This document shows, one piece after another, positions 11,420 to 21,286 of a DNA stretch of 22,519 bases. The stretch's first letter is position 1; every line of letters starts with the position of its first letter. The stretch is from Xylographa opegraphella (Eukaryota): positions 434,001 through 456,519 of the forward strand of contig JALDZX010000014.1 in assembly GCA_022813865.1 (NCBI GenBank), read 5' to 3'. Both the position numbers and the translations under genes were made by a program. The notes under the pieces are model-generated. The model did no database searches and was not told where the DNA came from. It was given only the letters and a program-made list of their open reading frames with translations.

Positions 11420-11910
11420 AGTAGACGATAAGCCGTGTGAATATGGTAGCAGAAGACAGCCCCGATAAAGTACGTGTATACCTATGATCGTCTGGCCACA
11501 TGTACAGGTAGACTGGCCGGACCACTTGTGTGGTTCATCCTGTACGAAGCAAACATTTTATAGCATTATCTTTTGACACAAATGCAAGTGCTGTACTCTA
11601 CATTTCATCACATTGCCGAGGTTGATTCCTCAGAGTGTAGGTCGCAAATTGATTGCTTGCTTCTTCTGTATGTGTCCGTCTATGCTTGGAATTCTGCGTC
11701 TTTTACGTGCCTGTCTAATTATTCTCACGATTTCATTTTCAATTCCAGTTGACCACGAAAGAAATGTAACCTGAAATCTGGCACAGTGCTGCAATACGTC
11801 ATTGTAAACCCACGATAACCTATGATCATCATCCTTCTCAAACAATTCCACACGTCGCAATTTTGGTCAGGCCAGTCTTGGCTTTCCGATTAAGTGTAAC
11901 TCAGATCACA

Positions 11911-14229
11911 ATGGTGAATGACACTAATCACAAAGGGAAGGCCGAGGACCAGGAGGAATCACTGTCTACTATCCTGAATGCCGATCAACGTAGCGACCTT
12001 ACTCTTCTCATCGCTGATACCACGACTGCGATGAGAGAGACGATCTTGTCATCCTTCGACGCAGGAGCTTCTCTGGCATTTGATCCCAATGATGCTTTGC
12101 TGTCTGAAGACGACAAGATCCGAAATCCAAAACTGGACATTGCAACTACCGACGTAGAGCAATTTGATCGTGAGCGCAAGCTTAAAGAGCAAAGAGAGAA
12201 GGAGCTAAGTGCTTCGAAGATATTGGAGCTGAAAGCAGCCTCTCTACGTTTTTTTGAAGAGTGGCGTGAAGGCGTTCTTCAGCGGATTGGCGAAGTTGTC
12301 AATTCGAAGGAAACCGCTTCAGCTCAACTTATGGATGCTTCTACGGCACAAGCTCAAGCTAAACCACACCAGCCGGCAGACAAGAAGATTGATAAACAAA
12401 CCAAGTCCGCCAGAGCTGCAGGCGCGGGCGAGATTTCGACAGTTACGGCGCTTGACGATCTTTACCCTCCTGTATCCACCCCTTTAGCCTCGTTAGAAGT
12501 GTCTCATCGTATCCTCATTCTTCACTCCATGCTCCTACTATTGCTCTCGTTAGAACATTACATAGCTCCATCTCGTGTACTACTTCTTTATCTTACTTCC
12601 TCCCTCCAACTTCCTCTCTCAGTACTCACGAATGACGAAGAGCAAGTCGCACATGGGCTACTTGAAGCAACAAAAGAGCTTTCGGGTACTTCAGAGACGC
12701 AGAAGAAGGCAACCGAAAATCAATCTTCTCGTAAATGGAAAGTAGGGTTGGCTTCCGTGGCAGGCGCGGCCATCATTGGGGTTACAGGTGGGCTGGCCGC
12801 GCCACTCGTTGCCGCCGGCGTAGGAAGCGTTATGGGGGGCTTAGGATTGGGAGCAACTGCGGCTGCCGGTTACCTAGGAACTGTGGCCGGAAGCACAGTC
12901 ATAGTTGGGGGATTATTCGGTGCCTATGGTGGGCGGATGACAGGGCAGATGATGGACAATTACGCAAGAGAAGTTGAGGATTTTGCGTTTCTACCCGTAC
13001 GAGGCGCGAGGAAAAGGTTCGAAGGAAAAGAAGAAGAGGCTGCGAGAGAGAGTAGGCATCGACGGCTGCGGGTCACCATCGGTATCAGTGGATGGTTGAC
13101 CGAGAAAGAAGAGGTCGTAACACCGTGGCGGGTGGTTGGGAAAGGCGCAGAAGTGTTTGCCTTGAGATATGAACTGGAAGCTCTCATGAACCTTGGAAAC
13201 AGTATGATGGCTATGGTGTCGAGTACCGCGTGGGGTTATGCCAAGAGCGAAATCATCAAGCGGACCATATTCGCTGACATGATGGGTGCTTTATGGCCAC
13301 TTGGACTGCTTAAAATTAGCAGAGTCGTGGACAACCCATTCAGTATTGCAAAGAGCAGAGCGGAGAAGGCGGGCGAGGTGCTAGCCGACGCTTTGATTAA
13401 CAAAGCACAGGGCGAACGGCCAGTAACACTGATCGGCTATTCTCTTGGCGCCAGAGTCATATACAGCTGTCTCACAAGCTTGGCCAAACGTGGAGGCTTC
13501 GGACTCGTGGAAAGCGCGGTACTGATCGGCGCACCAACCCCAAGCACCACAGCGGAATGGCGGGTCATGCGAACTGTAGTCAGCGGTCGATTGGTCAATG
13601 TTTATTCGGAGAACGATTACGTCCTGGGCTTCCTGTATCGAACCAGCAGTATTCAGCTTGGTATTGCAGGACTGCAGAAGGTAGAGGGTTTGCCAAGTGT
13701 CGAGAACGTGGATGTCAGCACGATGGTAAGCGGCCACTTACGCTATCGCTACCTCGTGGGAAGCATCTTGAACAAGATTGGATTTGAGGATATTGAGCTG
13801 GGGGAACTAGAAAAGGAGGAAGAAGCATTGAAGCTTCTGGAAGAAGAAGAGACCAAGAAAGCCAGGCTGGTGAAACAGGGCAAGGCGACAGAAGGCACTG
13901 GAGGCGCGGATGAAGCGGATCAGGAGGCGGACAGCATGGAGAAACAGGTAGAAGAGAAGACCAAGAAGTCTTTGCTGCAGAGGGCAACCGAACAACTCTA
14001 CATCAGCAAAGGCACAGGGACTGGGAAGGATGGTGGAACAGATCAAAAATCATACTATCAACGGGCCACCGATCAGCTCCACTTCAGCAACAAGAAGGAT
14101 GACAGTGGAAGTGCCCAAGACAAGACGCCTGTCAGTCGAGGCCAGCACGGAGCACAAGCTGGGATCAGCGAAACCAGCGGGCCGAAGTCGTATATGCAAT
14201 TGGCGACAGAGAAAATGAAATTGGGATAG
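11911..14229 (+). CDS. DUF726 / TMCO4-like membrane protein with alpha/beta-hydrolase-like domain (yeast Mil1 family), about 772 aa, single exon
   Basis: Uninterrupted ORF; first ATG at 11911. Family-typical segments: RKWKVGLASVAGAAIIGVTGGLAAPLVAAG (Gly/Ala-rich hydrophobic stretch), IGISGWL, VDNPFSIAKSRAEKAGEVLADAL, GERPVTLIGYSLGARVI (GxSxG), VVSGRLVNVYSENDYVLGFLYR, GHLRY. Confidence 0.88.
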   Translation: MVNDTNHKGKAEDQEESLSTILNADQRSDLTLLIADTTTAMRETILSSFDAGASLAFDPNDALLSEDDKIRNPKLDIATTDVEQFDRERKLKEQREKELSASKILELKAASLRFFEEWREGVLQRIGEVVNSKETASAQLMDASTAQAQAKPHQPADKKIDKQTKSARAAGAGEISTVTALDDLYPPVSTPLASLEVSHRILILHSMLLLLLSLEHYIAPSRVLLLYLTSSLQLPLSVLTNDEEQVAHGLLEATKELSGTSETQKKATENQSSRKWKVGLASVAGAAIIGVTGGLAAPLVAAGVGSVMGGLGLGATAAAGYLGTVAGSTVIVGGLFGAYGGRMTGQMMDNYAREVEDFAFLPVRGARKRFEGKEEEAARESRHRRLRVTIGISGWLTEKEEVVTPWRVVGKGAEVFALRYELEALMNLGNSMMAMVSSTAWGYAKSEIIKRTIFADMMGALWPLGLLKISRVVDNPFSIAKSRAEKAGEVLADALINKAQGERPVTLIGYSLGARVIYSCLTSLAKRGGFGLVESAVLIGAPTPSTTAEWRVMRTVVSGRLVNVYSENDYVLGFLYRTSSIQLGIAGLQKVEGLPSVENVDVSTMVSGHLRYRYLVGSILNKIGFEDIELGELEKEEEALKLLEEEETKKARLVKQGKATEGTGGADEADQEADSMEKQVEEKTKKSLLQRATEQLYISKGTGTGKDGGTDQKSYYQRATDQLHFSNKKDDSGSAQDKTPVSRGQHGAQAGISETSGPKSYMQLATEKMKLG

Positions 14230-15443
14230 CCGGTGGTTTGCACCTGAGGTGGACTTCCAGTCGCGTTTCTAGCACTTCCATCAGGTGGAGTTGGTGCTGC
14301 CAATTGTGAAAATCTAATTTCTGTTCTGACATCTTGTCTATCTAGTATGATCTGATATTTAGGGGGCGAAATACTTGGACATTGGAACGACGAAGTATAA
14401 CGTGGAATTGAAGAATTATCCGCTTCCTTCAATCAGTCAAGTGACTTGGTCGCCTTGATCCACTTTTTCTTGACAGCTCCTTTGATCGTCTTTAATCTTT
14501 GTACATCTGTCTTCCTCCTCTTGAGTAGTAGCAAGTTTGGTATTCGTACGCGGTCGAGAGCGTAGTGCCCTTGTATAGCCTCGGTTCCATCATGTAATAG
14601 ACCTGATTTGTTGTTAGCGGCCCAACCCAGGATTGGTTGTGAGTCCGAGCTTCGCAGTGCGGCCGCCATGATTTGAGGATAGGTCCAACAAGTTTTTGAG
14701 ATCACGAACCTTATGTAGTGTTACTGGCTCTGAGCTCCAAGATAACCGCATAATTCCTGATGGTAGACAGGTATTCTTAACTTGATGTCCCCTAGTTACT
14801 GTGTCCCGCTTGTCATCGGTGTGGCAATCACAACGGAAATTCGGGTAGATCTCACTTGGAATAAAGAAGTTTATTCCCGGGTCACTGCCAAATGAGTTGT
14901 TCTCGTTCGATACCGACCAATGTGTGCTCTGGAGCTCCCATCAAGGGCTTGTTTACAAAATAAATTCACTGTTGGAAAAAAATAACAATAGGAAGGGCTC
15001 GTCAACGACAAATTGCGCAATGACGAACTCATAATGGCCATTTGGGCAGCAGTATACTATTAACAGGCAAATGTTCGTGAATATGTATGTGGGCTAACGA
15101 TGGTGAAGTCAACCGAACCTTGAGTGAGGCCTCAGATAGTGTGAGACGACACGTTCCGTGAAAATATATGTCTTAAAGTTGAGGAGTTGAAGGGAGGTCA
15201 GTAAGCTCAGGCTCAGAGGCCGAGTCTAGCATTGAGTAACACCAGCCCTCAATTGTAATTATTGTTTCAAGGTCTTGACGTTCAAAGTTCTACTACTCCG
15301 ACATAGGGCTCCAGCTTATCCTATCCTAGTCCTAGCACATCCTAGTATAGGACCTACCTTATCCTAATTGCTTGGCATCAGCTACGAAAACAACAACGGT
15401 TTTCTGGACTCCTGCTTCGATAGAATATACTTGACCTAACTTA

Positions 15444-18400
15444 ATGAACGCAACCACTTTCCGGGCTGTTCTGACATTGCCTAAAGCTGCAATTGTGCGG
15501 GCCTGCTGTCGTACCATAGTTTGCCATCACGCCCAACGGAATCGGTCATTCAAGACTACTGCCATCGTCAAAGGTTCCCCGCGAGACCCCATTGATCCTG
15601 TGGAGCACTCCTTGAATCCGATCTCAAACTCGTTTGTGCCACCTCTGAGTGGTACAGAACTTCCCGAGTCTTCAGAAGTGATCGATGACATAGCCCCAGC
15701 AACCGAACGGGCACCGAGCGTTGAGGAAACTGCGGACGCGGCAGAGAATGACGCAGAGAAGTTAAACGCATCGAAGGACAAGAGCAGTTATGGGTCTGCG
15801 GTAAAACGATCAAGGCGTAATGCCAGAAAAGCTGAAGAGTCTCCACACGTCGTATTGCCGACATGGTTCCTCCAAAGAAATGTCAGGTTACATCAGGATG
15901 AGGACCCTGATATAGGAGGGCGCCATCTCGGTCTCTACAGTCAGCAGAACACATCTACCTCATCTTCCGATCATGGATACCCAAGTGTTGAAGCTGCGCC
16001 AGACGAAGGACTACCGTCGGTGTCAATGGCGCACGATGAAAGCTCTGTCCCTCAAACCGCAGTTCCTCCGTTACCAGGAGTCGAACTAAGCGGCGATAGC
16101 TACATGATTGACAAACACATATTAGATGAGATACAAACTATGGTGGCTGCTGGCCTGCGGCCGCCATCCACAGGATACGCAAACGGCTATGCGGCCTCGA
16201 AGCCCGTTCTCCTCCTACAGAGTCCCAAAGATGGCGGTATATCCTTTCTCGACACGGTCGTGAAATATGTAGCTGCAGGGCAAGCTGCAGACGTGATCAG
16301 CATTGATGCGCAGGACATTGCCGAACTTGCGACTGACTACCCCAGTGATTCCCGTGAGCCACGTATAAACCCACTCAGCTCGCTTGGCTACGACACGCAT
16401 CTCATGATGGCTCGAAACTACCTGGGAAACGACGAAAATATGGGCGAAGAAGAGGACTATGACGATGGCGAGGAAGAAGCACACCCCCAGCCTCGGAACA
16501 GACAACCAAGCTACAGGCCCCAGTCCAGAGCTACTATATTACCAGTTGTAACCATCTTTGGGAAAGGAAGGTTGTCGGACTTTTTGAGCTCCGAGATGGT
16601 GGATAGTGGATCAGTCTCGAGAGAATATTCCGAGCCCTCAAACGCATCCGCGCGAGATCCGTCCTCGCTCCCTTCCACCGTGGCCATCACGGAAAAGTCT
16701 AAAATACGTTTCCTTCTCGAAGCGCTTTTACATGCGGGCGACATCAAGAGGAAGATCAGTCTTGCCACAGCAGTGGATGATGCCTCCGAGGAACTGAAAA
16801 CCAATAGCTCAAATTCGGCAATGGAAATTTCGCAGGCTGCCAAACATCACGACCACTTTTCAATTCAACGGACATCCGGGCAAAATACTATTGTTCTGAT
16901 CAAGGATTATGCTGAAATGAATGCGACACGTAGTGGTGGTGCTTTCTTAAGCAAGCTACTTGAGGTTGTCACAAAGAGAAGAAAGGATGGGCAACGAATC
17001 TTCATAATTGGTACTACATCATCAGAAGACTTAATACCTTCTCTGTCCAAATCTGGATTCCATGATCTCCAAACGGATGCATATAGAACTATTATAACAC
17101 CGTGCAGATCACCTTCTGCTGATAGCATATTTGGCATAGACATGCAGGAAAGAATTAGACAAATCAACGTACGACATCTTCAGAACATGGTTCGACGAGT
17201 TGCACCTGATCTTCAATACGAGGATGTTGTTACACAATCTAACTTAGACCTTGATTCTTCCGTTGTATCTGCTTCGGGCCTGAAGGAAAGTGTTTGGTCT
17301 ATCGAACGTATGCACCGCGCTGCGATGATGATATTAGGCAGTGCTGGGGAAGGCCAAGAACTCACAATAAATCACTTCACGCGTGGTCTAACAATGCTAG
17401 ACCTGAGCGATAATGCCAAAGCTGAATGGATAGTTCACACGAGAGATCGAGTTCAGAAGCAAAGTGTGCCCATTTCTAATGCCAAGAAGGATCTCGAGGA
17501 TCGAATGAAAAAGATACGCAGACACTGCAACAGTCACGAAAAGAAGCTACTGAGTGGAGTTGTGGATGCCGCGAACATCCATACAACATTTTCTGATATC
17601 CAGGCTCCTGTAGATACCATTGAGGCATTAAAGACACTGACAATGCTATCACTACTTCGACCTGATGCCTTCACATACGGAGTGCTTGCAACAGACAAGA
17701 TTCCCGGACTGTTGCTCTATGGTCCGCCGGGAACTGGAAAGACCTTACTTGCTAAAGCAGTAGCCAAGGAAAGCGGTGCTACAGTACTCGAAGTCAGCGG
17801 TGCCGATGTCTTTCAGATGTACGTTGGTGAAGGGGAGAAAAGTGTTAAAGCGATCTTTACACTAGCTAAAAAGCTTTCTCCTGCTGGTGGATGCATAATT
17901 TTCATCGATGAAGCCGATGCCATATTTGGCTCGCGCGGGACCTCCAGCAATCGGACAAGCCATCGAGAGCTTATCAACCAGTTTCTTCGAGAGTGGGATG
18001 GATTGAATGATCTGTCGGCGTTCATTATGGTAGCTACCAATAGACCTTTCGATCTCGATGATGCAGTTCTCCGGAGACTTCCCCGACGATTACTCGTCGA
18101 TCTCCCAATCGAGAAGGACAGGGAGGCCATTCTTCAAATACATCTCAAACATGAAAACCTGGACTCTTCAGTCTCTTTGTCACATCTTGCCTCTCAAACA
18201 CCCTTCTACTCAGGTTCCGATTTGAAAAACCTTGCGGTTGCGGCCGCTCTAGCCTGTGTACGAGAAGAAAACGCTGCTGCTGTGGTCCACACGGGGTCAA
18301 AGCCTTACGAATACCCAAAACAGCGAATTCTGACGGCCGCGCACTTTGATAGAGCCCTGTCCGAAATTAGTGCGAGTATCAGCGAGGACATGAGCTCCCT

Positions 18401-18533
18401 TTCCGCGATTAGGAAGTTTGACGAGAAGTATGGAGATCGGCGTGGACGGCGGAAAACGCCAAATGGGTATGGGTTTGGCACCATGACAGAAATGGAGAAG
18501 AGCAACACCGATTCCGCACGAATTAGAGCATAG
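15444..18533 (+). CDS. AAA+ ATPase of the Msp1/ATAD1-spastin (meiotic) clade, long filamentous-fungal form, probably mitochondrial, 1029 aa
   Basis: Uninterrupted ORF. The C-terminal AAA module has Walker A GLLLYGPPGTGKT, pore loop MYVGEGEK, Walker B IIFIDEAD, NQFLREWDG, SRH VATNRPFDLDDAVLRRLPRR and YSGSDLKNL. The N-terminal ~45 aa are Arg-rich and lack acidic residues, like a presequence. Confidence 0.9.
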   Translation: MNATTFRAVLTLPKAAIVRACCRTIVCHHAQRNRSFKTTAIVKGSPRDPIDPVEHSLNPISNSFVPPLSGTELPESSEVIDDIAPATERAPSVEETADAAENDAEKLNASKDKSSYGSAVKRSRRNARKAEESPHVVLPTWFLQRNVRLHQDEDPDIGGRHLGLYSQQNTSTSSSDHGYPSVEAAPDEGLPSVSMAHDESSVPQTAVPPLPGVELSGDSYMIDKHILDEIQTMVAAGLRPPSTGYANGYAASKPVLLLQSPKDGGISFLDTVVKYVAAGQAADVISIDAQDIAELATDYPSDSREPRINPLSSLGYDTHLMMARNYLGNDENMGEEEDYDDGEEEAHPQPRNRQPSYRPQSRATILPVVTIFGKGRLSDFLSSEMVDSGSVSREYSEPSNASARDPSSLPSTVAITEKSKIRFLLEALLHAGDIKRKISLATAVDDASEELKTNSSNSAMEISQAAKHHDHFSIQRTSGQNTIVLIKDYAEMNATRSGGAFLSKLLEVVTKRRKDGQRIFIIGTTSSEDLIPSLSKSGFHDLQTDAYRTIITPCRSPSADSIFGIDMQERIRQINVRHLQNMVRRVAPDLQYEDVVTQSNLDLDSSVVSASGLKESVWSIERMHRAAMMILGSAGEGQELTINHFTRGLTMLDLSDNAKAEWIVHTRDRVQKQSVPISNAKKDLEDRMKKIRRHCNSHEKKLLSGVVDAANIHTTFSDIQAPVDTIEALKTLTMLSLLRPDAFTYGVLATDKIPGLLLYGPPGTGKTLLAKAVAKESGATVLEVSGADVFQMYVGEGEKSVKAIFTLAKKLSPAGGCIIFIDEADAIFGSRGTSSNRTSHRELINQFLREWDGLNDLSAFIMVATNRPFDLDDAVLRRLPRRLLVDLPIEKDREAILQIHLKHENLDSSVSLSHLASQTPFYSGSDLKNLAVAAALACVREENAAAVVHTGSKPYEYPKQRILTAAHFDRALSEISASISEDMSSLSAIRKFDEKYGDRRGRRKTPNGYGFGTMTEMEKSNTDSARIRA

Positions 18534-18752
18534 ACTTCCCAGTACATTAAGATGGAAATATATCGAAGTGTCAGAGGGGATGAGCTATTGATGTAAGGCC
18601 TGCAACCCTGATTGTGAATGCACCCGGCCGCCCAAATTGTCTATCCATTAATGCTTGAATATCCATGCCAGCGGCCACATAAACACCCGCCATGTACGAA
18701 GGCACGCCTCTCAGCGCCCTTGAAGGCGCCATCGAAGTCGAAGCCTGCAGTA

Positions 18753-19682
18753 TTATTCTTGAGCATTATGATTCCCTTCTCCTATCACTGCTTCTTCAGT
18801 CACTAAGCCCAATGCCTTCTTCACTTTTCCCACCCCCCTCATGGCTATGCTCCGTGAGCCTTCACCTGGCGATAAGAACGCCGAGGAATCGAGGGCGGTA
18901 TGCCACGAGCTTCTCTTCTTCTTCCGCGTAACCGCGGCCTCCCCGACCGGCTGCGAGACGGGCGGCCACTCCCCACACGCTTTCCAGCCCGCCACAATGG
19001 CCTGGGTCATGTCCGCCAAATTGATGGGTATCTTTGGGGCGACTCCTTCCACAATCACCTTGTTGTAGATGGCTGGGTATGACGCCGGCGTGATACTAGA
19101 GCGAATGAGGTTCGACGACGGAATGAGTGGAGGAGGTAGCGGTACCATCTCGACCGGAACGGTATCTTCTTGGGAACTCGCCCGATCTGCCGTCGTTCCC
19201 GTCCTTACGATGCCATGTTCCTGGGAAAGTTCCGAGGAGAAGCGTCCGCCCGTCCAGTCGTTCCGACGCGTGACATATATCCGTAGCCCTTCGTTCCAGT
19301 CCATTTCTTCGAGATATTGGCGCCGTCGCTTCCGCTTCTGCGAGCTCACTTCACCCGCAATGGAGTCGGGGTCTTCGAACTTGTAGGGATCTGGCGCGCA
19401 CGAGTCCGAGGAGCCGGAGGCATCGGAACGCCGCTCGCACCACTTCGTCTCCGCATCGATGCGGTCGTTCTGGACATTCGGAGGTGGGGGCCATTGCCAG
19501 TCATCGCGGACGTGGGCACGGATATTCCTGTTGGTTTCACGGGCTACCGCGTCTCGAGACGGGGCGGAGGCGGTCGTGGCATCATCGCGGCGGACTTGCG
19601 GATCTGTGGTGTTTGGAACTGCAGTGCTTATTCTGCTGAGAGGACGGACCACAAGAGATTTGAGAGGAGACGAGGTGTCCAT
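18753..19682 (-). CDS. DUF4050 / Gag1-like clamp domain protein, about 309 aa (start uncertain)
   Basis: Long minus-strand ORF with WNEGLRIYVTRRNDWTGG and ITPASYPAIYNKVIVEGVAPKIPINLADMTQAIVAGWKACGEWPP, which match the DUF4050 pattern as I recall it. The first in-frame ATG is at 19682. An out-of-frame ATG at 19686 or an upstream exon could change the start. Confidence 0.75.
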   Translation of the reverse strand: MDTSSPLKSLVVRPLSRISTAVPNTTDPQVRRDDATTASAPSRDAVARETNRNIRAHVRDDWQWPPPPNVQNDRIDAETKWCERRSDASGSSDSCAPDPYKFEDPDSIAGEVSSQKRKRRRQYLEEMDWNEGLRIYVTRRNDWTGGRFSSELSQEHGIVRTGTTADRASSQEDTVPVEMVPLPPPLIPSSNLIRSSITPASYPAIYNKVIVEGVAPKIPINLADMTQAIVAGWKACGEWPPVSQPVGEAAVTRKKKRSSWHTALDSSAFLSPGEGSRSIAMRGVGKVKKALGLVTEEAVIGEGNHNAQE

Positions 19683-21286
19683 CCATGTGGGCGTGGGATG
19701 CAGGGTTGAGGGCACAAATAGAATTGGACTTTACCGTAGATCGATGACGTCGCGATAGCTGGTCGAATCTCTCTAGATTAACACGCGGACATAGGTGTAC
19801 TCTACAGCTACGTTAATCCTCGGTTTACAAGCTGGGTATCTGGTTGAGATGTCTGAATGCTATCTAAGTAACGGAGCTTTCATTAAAGATGTATACATTG
19901 TGCGCTTGAACCAAAGTACCTTCGGCATTGGCAAGCATGTTAGGCCTGGGTTACCACGACGTCCTGAACTGAGTTGAGATTCAACTATCATCCTGATTAT
20001 CTTAGCATACCATGTCGATATACATGCAGAAGGCCTGTGGTACAAGCAGTGTCTCAACGAAGGATTCGTGAAACTTATGTTGCTCGTGTGCGATGACTCT
20101 CTGTAGGTATATACCTTGGTACCAATATAACGAATGAGCACAGACTGTGTGGAGGACGATCTCGGTATCGTTCTGTCAGTTGCTGCAGGAGTCGTCGCAG
20201 ATATACGGAGGTACTCAGTAATTTCCTGCCGTCAGGAAAGAGAAATCACCACTGGAGGATTAAAATAGGGAGTGTCAAGGTAGGGAGTGTACGTCACATT
20301 ATCCATAAGAATCACGACCGAACTGCCGAAAACAAGTCGAATTCGAATAAGCAGAGAAACAAGCATCGTAGGCGTGCCCGTGTTAGTTTGAAATTCACCT
20401 CACAGGGCGGATTGAAGGCGAGACTGACTGCAGAGCTAAGGTCAACGCTAAGTATCAAGCTTGCCGCATCTATCAAAGCTTAGTACGATTAGTGCGTCTC
20501 GCTTGTGTCAGCCCCATCGAGCTAGGACTAGCTCAGAGAATAGCCGATTTCCCACCACACGAAGACAAGTATTCGATCACCGAGAAGAACAAGATAAGTA
20601 TCTTATCTTATGCTACCGTGACAAAATGATAGGCTGATCGATTCTCATTATACAAATTGGGATACAAATTGGGTACAAGCACGGTCTTTTTCCTGATTTA
20701 TCATGTACTCTACGGATTTACTATCTCGCGGACGGTCTATTGCCCAACAGGCTTCTTACCTTCGTGGCATGGCCAAAGATTAAGCCTCCACCCGGAGCCA
20801 GATAGAAAGCAAGATAATGGTGTTGCAGCTCGGACTCGCCCTGACCGTTACTCCACTATTCGATATACCTTTCGCTCTAATCGAGTCTACGGACCACGTC
20901 GCTGAAGTCCAGAACCGGCTGAAGCAAGCCACATTTCCCACGAGCTAACCCAGCCAGCCACAAAAATCTAAGCGAGCCAGAAGAAGCTGCCTACAACTTT
21001 AAGCCGTGTGAGCAAGCGGTTATATCTCGGACTTCACCGTTTCATATCTAATTTCTGCTACTGCAATTAGCATCTCCCATTAGCATCTCAGCTGGGAGCC
21101 TCTGAGCCACTCGTTGCTCACCATGTTCACCGTCAAAGCATGTGGGTTTCGATTTTCTATAAGTTCGGGTTCTGCTGATCATCGACGCGGTCTTGTTCCA
21201 CATCACAACTCTACTTGTCTTCGCAGTTCAGTGCCAGTCTTCATTGTGGGCTGAGGGTGTTTCGGTAATAGACTTTGTTTTTCACC

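Noticed and set aside
11863..11910. Upstream TTG start given by the ORF track for the DUF726 gene (likewise non-ATG starts at 5037, 7505, 19715, 21275)
   Set aside because: Eukaryotic gene; ATG starts in good context or upstream exons explain the N-termini better.
14816..14916. Possible tRNA/ncRNA: hairpin GGAATAAA-GAAG-TTTATTCC (14858-14877) and B-box-like GTTCGATAC (14905-14913)
   Set aside because: No T-stem pairing or cloverleaf and no snRNA, SRP or 5S signature that I can recognise. An Infernal/Rfam scan would settle it.
15315..15367. Interstitial telomeric repeat
   Set aside because: The words are TCCTA/TCCTAG rather than CCCTAA, and the spacing is irregular.
19795..20905. Short ORFs or a pseudogene between the DUF4050 gene and the UbiA gene
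   Set aside because: The listed ORFs and the extra frames I translated show no recognisable protein or transposase motifs. A translated homology search could still reveal a relic.
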